NCBI GenBank assembly: GCA_964459225.1
Contig: CAYWKB010000001.1
Span: 354,777-418,776, forward strand
Direction of reading: 5' to 3'
Length of the DNA stretch: 64,000 nt
DNA from: an uncultured Candidatus Saccharibacteria bacterium
GTDB taxonomy: Bacteria; Patescibacteriota; Minisyncoccia; Phycocordibacterales; PALSA-1337
Both the position numbers and the translations under genes were made by a program. Below are positions 39,778 to 48,642 of this stretch, one piece after another. The notes under the pieces are model-generated. The model searched no databases and was not told the origin of the DNA. It saw only the letters and a program-made list of their open reading frames with translations. Positions within the stretch are counted from its first letter, which is position 1. The number at the start of each line of letters is the position of its first letter.

Positions 39778-40665
39778 TTTTGTATTTTCCTTAATCTCAT
39801 TAATTAAATCATTTCTTATAAATAGATAATTTGCTCCATTAAGCTTATCGATCTCTTGAGTTGATTCGATTTTCCCATTTTCATTAACTAAATATGATTT
39901 GTATCCCATTCCATGTATTAGATCGAAAGTACTTTTAAAGTTAGGATTAATTCCTCCAGACCAGATGTCACATATTTCGATTATCATACCAATAGGTTTA
40001 CATTTTTTAATGAAATTTTGTGCTCCTAATAATAAATCGTACTCTTTAGATTCAACATCAATTTTTAGGAAAATTCTACTGTAATCTTTAACTACATTAA
40101 TGTAGTTATCTAATAAATCAGTTTTCACAACCCCTTGTATTTCTGGTTCACCATAAAAACTATTTTTATTTATTGAACTCAATGCATCATGACCGTATAT
40201 GTTCTCTTCACCGACTGTATTTGATAATGCAATATTATAAACTTTAATATTGGTGAAATTATTAATTTTAATATTTTCCATCAATGAATCTAAATTATTC
40301 TGACTTGGCTCAAAAGTTAATATTTCAATATTCTTGTTTTTTGACGTTACAAGACATGAGTAGTAACCTATATGGCCACCAATATCAATAAAACAATCTA
40401 TATTTTTAATAAATTCTTTTATTACGTTTGTTTCTGGTAATTCAAATTCGCCGAGCGCCATTCTCTTCCACGGAGGACAATTATCAATATTTCGAACTCC
40501 GATCATAAAACTATTATCAATAAGTGTTGCAATAAAATTACTATGTTTAAAAGGGGTGCATCGTATTTCATGTATCCAATAAAAGACTCTTCTAAAACCT
40601 GGTTTGTTATTTAAAAATCTGAGGATATTGATAAATAATTTTTTATTTTTTGATATTAATCCCAT
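39763..40665 (-). CDS. FkbM-family methyltransferase
   Basis: FIDIGGHIGYYS and FEPSQNNLDSLMENI. Confidence 0.7.
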   Translation of the reverse strand: MGLISKNKKLFINILRFLNNKPGFRRVFYWIHEIRCTPFKHSNFIATLIDNSFMIGVRNIDNCPPWKRMALGEFELPETNVIKEFIKNIDCFIDIGGHIGYYSCLVTSKNKNIEILTFEPSQNNLDSLMENIKINNFTNIKVYNIALSNTVGEENIYGHDALSSINKNSFYGEPEIQGVVKTDLLDNYINVVKDYSRIFLKIDVESKEYDLLLGAQNFIKKCKPIGMIIEICDIWSGGINPNFKSTFDLIHGMGYKSYLVNENGKIESTQEIDKLNGANYLFIRNDLINEIKENTKLHFA

Positions 40666-40724
40666 ATAATTTTTTTAAGCTAAGTATAGTATATTTTCTT
40701 TTAAAATGATACCATGTAAAAACC

Positions 40725-42035
40725 ATGAAGATAATAGATAATTTCAGTCGTAAAATAAGGAATATATATTTTCAAATACCATATCTTCTATTAGGTTCAA
40801 AAATAGTAGAATTACTTAAAGATAACGGTATTGTTGGGATGTTCAGATCTATCGCAAACGAGGAGATAAAATTACCATATATGTCCGTGTGTATGCCTAC
40901 ACATGAGATGAGGGGATATGATGGTTTTTTAAGACACAGTCTGGACATGTTTGTTGCGCAGTCATTCAAGGATTTTGAGATAATTATATCTGATCATTCT
41001 AAGACTAATGGTATTAAAAATATCTGTAAAGAATATTCTGATAAAATTAATATAAGATATTTCAGAAATCCAAAAGGTCCATATACCTCATCAGCGAATT
41101 TAAATAATGCAATACAGAGGGCTAGAGGTAAGATTATTAAAATAATATTTCTTGATGATTACCTCTACCATAAAGATTCATTAAAGGATATTGTAGATAA
41201 TTTTGATATCAATAAAGATTATTGGCTGGTTACGGCAAGTGAACATACTAGAGATGGTATTAATTATTATATGCCTTATTATCCTAAATATAATGACAAG
41301 ATTCATTTAGGTGATAATACTATTAGTTCTCCTTCTGTCCTCACAATTAAAAATGATACGCCCCTTCTTTTTGATAGAAGAATGATATGGTTAATGGATG
41401 TAGATTATTATAGGAGATTATACGATAAATTTGGTCCACCGGTTATTTTAAATAAAATTAATGTTGTTAATAGAACTGGAGAACATCAAGTTTCAAATAC
41501 ATCAGCAGGTAAAAATATTAGAGGTTTAGAATACAGATGGGTATTAAAGAAGTTTGGTGAAAAGGATTTACTTAAGATATATGATAACCGAAAACCTATC
41601 AAACTAAATTTGTCGAATGTAACTTTGGTAGTAGTTGGTAAGTACGCAAGGATGATTGCATTTATTTCGTCTGACGGAATTGATTTTTCAAAGACAATAT
41701 ATACCGAAAATATAGATGATCAAATCAACATAGATACTGATTTTGCATTATACGTATCGAGACAAGGTTTTGTAATTTCAGCGTATAAATGGAAGGAGGA
41801 ATTCTTGAATTATGATCTAATTGGTGATGAATCTATGACTCTTAGAAGTAAAAAGTATATTAATGGTAATAGAGAAAATATTAGGGTTGCAGATAAAAAT
41901 ATGTTCAATGGATTTGGTGTCTATAAATATAATTTATTTTTACTGTATGTACTTTGGTTTAAAAAATATATAAAAAGTATAAAGTTTTTTAAGAAGATAT
42001 TTAGATTGTACAGTATAGGAAAAAATGGTCATTAG
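40725..42035 (+). CDS. Glycosyltransferase family 2-like
   Basis: MSVCMPTHEM...FEIIISDHSKT...IIFLDDY follows the GT2 pattern. The N-terminal start is uncertain. Confidence 0.55.
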   Translation: MKIIDNFSRKIRNIYFQIPYLLLGSKIVELLKDNGIVGMFRSIANEEIKLPYMSVCMPTHEMRGYDGFLRHSLDMFVAQSFKDFEIIISDHSKTNGIKNICKEYSDKINIRYFRNPKGPYTSSANLNNAIQRARGKIIKIIFLDDYLYHKDSLKDIVDNFDINKDYWLVTASEHTRDGINYYMPYYPKYNDKIHLGDNTISSPSVLTIKNDTPLLFDRRMIWLMDVDYYRRLYDKFGPPVILNKINVVNRTGEHQVSNTSAGKNIRGLEYRWVLKKFGEKDLLKIYDNRKPIKLNLSNVTLVVVGKYARMIAFISSDGIDFSKTIYTENIDDQINIDTDFALYVSRQGFVISAYKWKEEFLNYDLIGDESMTLRSKKYINGNRENIRVADKNMFNGFGVYKYNLFLLYVLWFKKYIKSIKFFKKIFRLYSIGKNGH

Positions 42036-42071
42036 TATGTTGATCAATTATAATAAATTAAATAAAATAAA

Positions 42072-42878
42072 ATGAAATCAGTCATAAAATCTTATCTCAT
42101 AAAATTATTCTTCACTTTAGGTTATAAAGAAGCTAAAAATGATGGTATATTGACTACGTTTAAAAATATTGTATTAACTAAATCAGGAAGGGAAAATGGT
42201 CCAGCAAGAGAAAAATGGATTCAGGATAAAATTAATGAATTAAATAAGGGTGAGAGCATATTAGATGCCGGAGCTGGAGAATTGAAGTATAAACCATTTT
42301 GTGGTCATCTAAAGTACACTAGTCAAGATTTTGGTGGTTATGATGGTGTTGGAACAGGGGAGGGGGTGCAAATGGGTAATTGGGATAATTCAAAATTAGA
42401 TATTGTATCTGATATAGTCAAAATACCTGTACCAGATTCGTCATTTGATAACATATTATGTGTTGAAGTTTTTGAGCATATATCTGAACCAGCACTAGCG
42501 GTAAAAGAATTTTCTAGAATAATTAAGAAGGGTGGAAAAGTTATAATTACAGCACCATTTTGTTCATTAAACCATTTTGCTCCATATTATTATGCAAATG
42601 GATATAGTAAATATTGGTATGAAAAAATCTTATCTCAGTATGGGTTTGAAATAGAAGAAATAAAATTGAACGGTAATTATTTCATGTACTTAGCACAAGA
42701 GATATCATATATTAAAGAAAGAATGTTAAAATATTCTAAAGTAAACTTATTAATCTGGTCTATATTTAAGATATCACAATTGATAATGTTACAGACACTA
42801 AGACTGATGTCTAAAAACGATACCGGTTCTAGTGAATTATTATGTTTTGGGGTTTTTGTTTTGGCAAGGAAAAAATAA
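42072..42878 (+). CDS. Class I SAM-dependent methyltransferase
   Basis: ILDAGAGELKY and LCVEVFEHI. Confidence 0.7.
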   Translation: MKSVIKSYLIKLFFTLGYKEAKNDGILTTFKNIVLTKSGRENGPAREKWIQDKINELNKGESILDAGAGELKYKPFCGHLKYTSQDFGGYDGVGTGEGVQMGNWDNSKLDIVSDIVKIPVPDSSFDNILCVEVFEHISEPALAVKEFSRIIKKGGKVIITAPFCSLNHFAPYYYANGYSKYWYEKILSQYGFEIEEIKLNGNYFMYLAQEISYIKERMLKYSKVNLLIWSIFKISQLIMLQTLRLMSKNDTGSSELLCFGVFVLARKK

Positions 42879-42886
42879 GATGCACA

Positions 42887-44131
42887 ATGAGTTTAAAAAA
42901 TAAATACATAAAATCTTTTTTGTATAAATATAATATGTTAAAACATAGTGTATTTTCTTTTTTAGGAGAATATATTATTTATTATGAAATATTGTTTCTG
43001 TTGAATAGTTTATACTATAAAATTTCCTCAAAATTTTATGGGACAGATGATGAAAATACCTTTAGTGAGATTAAGAGTGTAGCAATTGTGTATTCAAAAA
43101 AACATTTTAACCCTAAAAATAATGATTACTCTGGAATAAAATTACAGTATTCTGCCTCTAGTATTGCCGAGAGAATATACTCCGTATTTAAGAATAATAA
43201 TATTAATATTTATTACTATGATCATAGTGAAATTATTGATAAATTACCTAAGGTAGATATGGTAATAGGTATAGTTAGTGAAAATTATTTAAGATTAGTT
43301 AAAAATAACCCCAAGTCTAAAAAAATTCTCTTTTTAGTTAATTCACATCCATTGTATAGGCTTAAGGCTCTAATTAATGAAAGCAAATTATTGAATAAAG
43401 TTTTTCCTTATTCTGAATATGTTTCTCCATTATTATTTCTTAAATCTATTAAGTATACAGATTATTTTGTAATGATAGGTAATGATTTTGTCAGAGAAAC
43501 CTTTATAAAATATAGAATACCTAAAAATTCTATTACATTATTAAATACTGGTATTAATGATTTTTTATATCCCGATAGTTCAAAGAGACCAAAAGATAAA
43601 ATTAGAATTGCCTATGTTGGCAGTCACCTCGCAATACGTAAGGGATTATTTAGGGTAATGCAAGTCTGGGATAAACTTAATAGTGATATTGTAAATAGAG
43701 ATAAATACGAATTAATTATACTTGGTGGTGTCGATAAGTTCAAAAGTGAATTAGAAAGATTTATCTCTAAAAATAGAAATGTAAAGTATTATGGATGGAT
43801 TGAGTCAAATACTGAGCAATATAGGGAACTGTTGCAATCATCACATATAGGAATAAATTTATCCATAGAAGAAGGGCAGGTAGGATGTGTTATTGATGAA
43901 ATGTCTTGTGGGTTAATCCCCATTATAACTATGGAGAGTGGAATAGGTATAATAAATGGTAAGGATGGGTATATAGTAAAACATGATGATATAGAGTGTA
44001 TTTGTAATATTATATCTTCTCTCAATGAACAAAAACTTAGGGATAGTATTGAAAGTAATTTGTCCAAATATCTGAATATGCATCATAATTGGAGTGATTT
44101 TAACAAGGGAATAGAAAAACTATTGCGGTAA
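42887..44131 (+). CDS. Glycosyltransferase, GT4-like
   Basis: C-terminal EEGQVGCVIDEMSCGLIPIIT (E-x7-E). The start is taken at the internal Met to avoid a 37-nt overlap. Confidence 0.55.
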   Translation: MSLKNKYIKSFLYKYNMLKHSVFSFLGEYIIYYEILFLLNSLYYKISSKFYGTDDENTFSEIKSVAIVYSKKHFNPKNNDYSGIKLQYSASSIAERIYSVFKNNNINIYYYDHSEIIDKLPKVDMVIGIVSENYLRLVKNNPKSKKILFLVNSHPLYRLKALINESKLLNKVFPYSEYVSPLLFLKSIKYTDYFVMIGNDFVRETFIKYRIPKNSITLLNTGINDFLYPDSSKRPKDKIRIAYVGSHLAIRKGLFRVMQVWDKLNSDIVNRDKYELIILGGVDKFKSELERFISKNRNVKYYGWIESNTEQYRELLQSSHIGINLSIEEGQVGCVIDEMSCGLIPIITMESGIGIINGKDGYIVKHDDIECICNIISSLNEQKLRDSIESNLSKYLNMHHNWSDFNKGIEKLLR

Positions 44132-44141
44132 AAATCAATAA

Positions 44142-45125
44142 TTACTTAGCAGATTTAGATTTTTTACTATTTTTTATTTGTTCTGAAATCCAATTATATG
44201 TTTTTTCAATACCTTTTTCCAATTTAAAATTTGGTGCCCATTTTAATTTATTTTTAATTAGATTATTATCTGAATTTCTACCTCTTACACCAGTTGGGCC
44301 TTTAATATATTTAATATTTATCTTTTTACCACTTACTTTTTTTGCAATTTCTACTAATTGATTAATTGTCACCATTTCATCTGAGCCTATATTAACAGGT
44401 CCAGAAAAATTAGATTCCATAAGTCTTCTTATTCCTTCAAGACACTCATCAATATACAAGAATGATCTTGTTTGTTTACCATCACCCCATATTTCTATGG
44501 TTCCATTGTCTTTTGTCTCAGCGACCTTTCTGCATATTGCTGCAGGTGCTTTTTCTTTACCACCTGTCCATGTGCCCTCAGGTCCAAATATATTATGAAA
44601 ACGTGCAATTCTAACTTTAACTCCATAATTTTTCTGGAATGACAAAAACATTCTTTCACTAAATAACTTTTCCCAACCATATTCGCTATCTGGTGCTGCA
44701 GGGTATGCTGATGATTCCTCACAATTTGGATTGTTAGGATCTTTTTGATTATGTTCTGGATATATACATGCAGATGATGAATAAAATATCTTATTAATGC
44801 CTTTCTTAACTGCAATACTAGCTACATTGAGATTGATCGTCGCAGAGTTGTGCATTATATCTGCATCATGCTCACCAGTAAAGATATAACCAGCTCCTCC
44901 CATATCAGCTGCTAATTGATATATTTCATCAATACTCGGGTCAATCACTAGATTACACACGGCATAATCTCTTAAGTCACCTATAATAAATTCATCAGCT
45001 TGATTTATTGAGTATTCTGGATATTTAACATCTACCCCTCTGACCCAATAGCCCTCTTTCTTTAATCTATTTACTAAGTGATGTCCAATAAAACCTCCTG
45101 CTCCAAGTACAAGCGCTTTTTTCAT
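44142..45125 (-). CDS. NAD-dependent nucleotide-sugar epimerase/dehydratase (extended SDR)
   Basis: ALVLGAGGFIGHHL and the YGWEK (YxxxK) catalytic motif. Confidence 0.8.
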   Translation of the reverse strand: MKKALVLGAGGFIGHHLVNRLKKEGYWVRGVDVKYPEYSINQADEFIIGDLRDYAVCNLVIDPSIDEIYQLAADMGGAGYIFTGEHDADIMHNSATINLNVASIAVKKGINKIFYSSSACIYPEHNQKDPNNPNCEESSAYPAAPDSEYGWEKLFSERMFLSFQKNYGVKVRIARFHNIFGPEGTWTGGKEKAPAAICRKVAETKDNGTIEIWGDGKQTRSFLYIDECLEGIRRLMESNFSGPVNIGSDEMVTINQLVEIAKKVSGKKINIKYIKGPTGVRGRNSDNNLIKNKLKWAPNFKLEKGIEKTYNWISEQIKNSKKSKSAK

Positions 45126-45194
45126 TCTTTCGATTTATTATTTATATAATGTATGATTATATCTTTTTCATTTTATATTAACAAGTTCATCAAT

Positions 45195-46211
45195 TTATTC
45201 TATACCAAAAATCATTTTTATAGATTTCTTAACGCCATTTTCTTCTGCTTTATCTATACCTAGTATTTTAAATAATTTAATTATACATATCTTTGGATAT
45301 GTAAATATAAAATCCTTAATATAGTAGGATTTTATTCTAACCGGATAAATAAATATTGATTTAAGTAAATTTTTCTTTATATTTTTATCATAATCTATTT
45401 CTGATTCTTTAATAATGATATTTTCGTCGTGCTTAATTCCTATATTAATATATTCCTTATGATCATTGCGTAGATTTAAAGCATTTTTTGATATCGATTT
45501 ACCAACATTCATTGTAGAATCCTTGGCTCTTGCCTTACCCCATCTAATATCAGAAATATAATTTATCCAGAATGCACCCGAGCGCAATTTTTTTTGTGTC
45601 CATGCTCTCATGCATAAATCCGCATCATCCATATCAGAGGGTGCATACTTTTCGTTTAGATAATTAACAGATTTCAAATGTTCAGTATTAAACGCTATTG
45701 GACCTCTGTTTATTCCGTCTCTTATGGCAAATGTTTCTCTATTAAGATTCTTCAATTCTTTTGCGATTTGGTTAACGAAGATTTTGTTGTTATCAAAATC
45801 AGTCATAGTACCGAGGTTTTGAGCTGTCCTAGCACTTACTGCAATTACGTCATTAAATTTTCTTAATGGGAAAGTAAGTCTTTTTTCCCAAGCGAATTCA
45901 TTTATTACCATATCATCTTGAAGAGTTATAAAAAAATCACTACTGACTAATTTAAAGCCTATATTGTTTGCTCTGGTTTCGTATACATTAGGAGCGTATT
46001 CAATTGTTATATTTTTTAATAATTTAGGTCTATATCTACCAATATACCTTCTAACTCTTTCCTCGGTCCTGTCACTGCATCCATCAAATACAATTACCAT
46101 GTTAAATGAAGTGGTAGTATTAATGAAAATACCATATAATACTCTCTCTATTATTTTTTCCTGATTAAAGATACTCAGAACTATATCGAGTCTATCAAGC
46201 TTTTTAAGCAT
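45195..46211 (-). CDS. Glycosyltransferase family 2-like
   Basis: IVLSIFNQEK...VIVFDGCSDRT...ITLQDDM. Confidence 0.55.
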   Translation of the reverse strand: MLKKLDRLDIVLSIFNQEKIIERVLYGIFINTTTSFNMVIVFDGCSDRTEERVRRYIGRYRPKLLKNITIEYAPNVYETRANNIGFKLVSSDFFITLQDDMVINEFAWEKRLTFPLRKFNDVIAVSARTAQNLGTMTDFDNNKIFVNQIAKELKNLNRETFAIRDGINRGPIAFNTEHLKSVNYLNEKYAPSDMDDADLCMRAWTQKKLRSGAFWINYISDIRWGKARAKDSTMNVGKSISKNALNLRNDHKEYINIGIKHDENIIIKESEIDYDKNIKKNLLKSIFIYPVRIKSYYIKDFIFTYPKICIIKLFKILGIDKAEENGVKKSIKMIFGIE

Positions 46212-46219
46212 TATTTTAT

Positions 46220-48007
46220 TTATTTACTACTAATAATTTTATGAAAATATGAATTTTCTGAAGCCCTAAGTTCACTTGGTGTTCCAGATTCTACTATATT
46301 ACCATTCCTCAATACAATTAATTTATCTGCACCCTCAACCGTAGTTGGTCTGTGCGCAATAATTATAACCGTTACATCCCCACGTAGTCTATCAATTGCC
46401 TGTTGAACCATTGTTTCTGATTCATTATCAAGAGAGCTTGTGGCTTCGTCTAATATAATTATCTTAGGTTTTCTTGCTAGCACTCTTGCAAGAGCTATTC
46501 TCTGTCTTTGTCCACCAGATATCTCCATACCTCTTTCGCCAACATGTGATTTAAATTTATTTGGAAGGGAATTTATAAAATCATAAATATTCGCAATTTT
46601 TGTGGCATTGATCATGTCTTCTTCACTAATATTAGTATTATGAAGCTTAATATTATTTTCAATAGTATCATTTATTAGAAAAACATCCTGTGAGACGTAG
46701 CCTATGTTATTTCGCCAAACGTCCTTCCTAATATCTGAAATATTTATTTCTCCGATTGATATACTACCTGATTCAGGTTCAATTAGTTTTAATATCAAAT
46801 CTACAATAGTTGTTTTACCGGAACCAGAAGGGCCGATAATACCAGTAATCTTTCCATGATCAATTCTCATGTTTATGTTATTCAGTGTATTATCTTTCCC
46901 ATCATATTTAAAATACAGGTCTTTTATGATTATATCTGCCTTAAAATCTATATCACTTATATTTCCATCATTTTCTTGGTTCTGTATAGCTTTAGCCTCA
47001 TAATCAAATGCTGTTTTTAGGAAAGGGTATAATGAATTAATATTTTGTATCCTAGCTTGTCCATCTTGTATATATGTAAAAATCTTATTTATTGCATAAA
47101 CTATCACAGCAAATGACGCAAAATTAAAGTCAGTTAATTTATATGAAAATATAAATAATCCTATAATCAATAAAACACTTAATGGTTGAGTTACCACATA
47201 TGTAAGACTGGTTAAAACAGAAGTCTTTATTTCGATGTTTTTTAAATCCTCAAAAAACGATGTACCGTGCTTGTACACCTCTGATTCAAGGTGCATTGCT
47301 TTAATTGTCTTCATTCCAATCATACTTTCATTGATATGATTGGCTACCTTTTTTAATATATCTGCACTCTGATGTGACACAATTCTTACCCTATATACTA
47401 ATGGTTTGAAGGCTAAAAAAAATATTCCGCCCATTGAAATTGTTATACCTATAACAATTGGAGAAATGTTAAATGCAATTACTACATAAATAATAGTATT
47501 AATCATAAGAATAACTGTACTACTAGTGTATGAAAGCAGGGCACTATAAGTGTTTATGTCTGTCATCAAGACTTTTTCGAGATAACCGATCTTTTGCTTT
47601 GATAAATAGGTCCAATTTGAGTTTAGGGTAAGTTTGAAAAGTTTTGATCTAGTCTTTTTAATATAATCATTTTTTATTCTATCTGTTATATAATTGGTTA
47701 GAAATACCATTAATGATTTACCTATAAACAAAAGCGCGATTATTATTAAAAGATATTTAAGTTCGTATGGTAGCCCAATATAATTAAAAATATTTTCAGT
47801 GAATTTAGATATAGAATCTGTTGTCTGATTTTGGTCCTTAACTACAAATGAAAACAAAGGGATTATACTGTTGATACCAATACCTTCAAAAAGCCCCCCT
47901 AAGAAACTGACGATTATTAATACTATAATCCTTGTCTTATATGTTCCAAAAGCTCTCCAGAATATTTTTAATGTAAACATTAAACGACTCTCCTTGTTGT
48001 TTTTCAT
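46220..48007 (-). CDS. ABC exporter, fused permease-ATPase (MsbA/PglK-like; candidate lipid-linked glycan flippase)
   Basis: 6-TM N-terminal domain. NBD with GPSGSGKTT, LSGGQRQRIALAR and IIILDEATSSLD. Confidence 0.85.
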   Translation of the reverse strand: MKNNKESRLMFTLKIFWRAFGTYKTRIIVLIIVSFLGGLFEGIGINSIIPLFSFVVKDQNQTTDSISKFTENIFNYIGLPYELKYLLIIIALLFIGKSLMVFLTNYITDRIKNDYIKKTRSKLFKLTLNSNWTYLSKQKIGYLEKVLMTDINTYSALLSYTSSTVILMINTIIYVVIAFNISPIVIGITISMGGIFFLAFKPLVYRVRIVSHQSADILKKVANHINESMIGMKTIKAMHLESEVYKHGTSFFEDLKNIEIKTSVLTSLTYVVTQPLSVLLIIGLFIFSYKLTDFNFASFAVIVYAINKIFTYIQDGQARIQNINSLYPFLKTAFDYEAKAIQNQENDGNISDIDFKADIIIKDLYFKYDGKDNTLNNINMRIDHGKITGIIGPSGSGKTTIVDLILKLIEPESGSISIGEINISDIRKDVWRNNIGYVSQDVFLINDTIENNIKLHNTNISEEDMINATKIANIYDFINSLPNKFKSHVGERGMEISGGQRQRIALARVLARKPKIIILDEATSSLDNESETMVQQAIDRLRGDVTVIIIAHRPTTVEGADKLIVLRNGNIVESGTPSELRASENSYFHKIISSK

Positions 48008-48113
48008 ATTTATTATATTATAATATAACCCAAAATTGACTTTTATTCAAGACTAAAAATTGATAAATAATAAAGTATTTTTTTAAATAATTCGTAAATA
48101 ATTACAAAAATAT

Positions 48114-48608
48114 ATGAAGCCTGCTAAAATCGTCACTTTCGAAGAATTTTCAAGAATTAAGAAAAATTTAGGTAAAATAGTTTGTACTTCTGGTGGCTTC
48201 GATCCTATCCATCCTGGTCATGTATCTTGCATCTTTGAATCAAAGAAATATGGTGACACACTAGTGGTTATTGTGAATGGTGATACTTTTTTGAAAAATA
48301 AGAAAGGGAAGCATTTTATGGACTTGAATACAAGATGCCATATTGTATCTTATATTAAAGGCGTTGATTATGTTATCCCATTTGAAATTGAAAATGATCA
48401 AACTGTTTGTGTTGCATTAGAGAGGATTAAGCCGAATGTGTTTACCAAGGGTGGAGATAGAATAAATGAAAAAACAATACCTGAATGGTCTATTTGTAAT
48501 AAAAATAAAATAAAAGTTATATCTGGGGTTGGATTTGATAAGAAATGGAGTAGTTCTGACCTACTTAAAGATTGGATAGAATACAATAATACTCTTTCTG
48601 TAAAGTAG
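48114..48608 (+). CDS. Cytidylyltransferase-family nucleotidyltransferase (TagD / RfaE domain II-like)
   Basis: TSGGFDPIHPGH (HxGH motif). 164 aa. Confidence 0.7.
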   Translation: MKPAKIVTFEEFSRIKKNLGKIVCTSGGFDPIHPGHVSCIFESKKYGDTLVVIVNGDTFLKNKKGKHFMDLNTRCHIVSYIKGVDYVIPFEIENDQTVCVALERIKPNVFTKGGDRINEKTIPEWSICNKNKIKVISGVGFDKKWSSSDLLKDWIEYNNTLSVK

Positions 48609-48642
48609 CAATTACTTACATGTTTATGATAAACTCATATTC

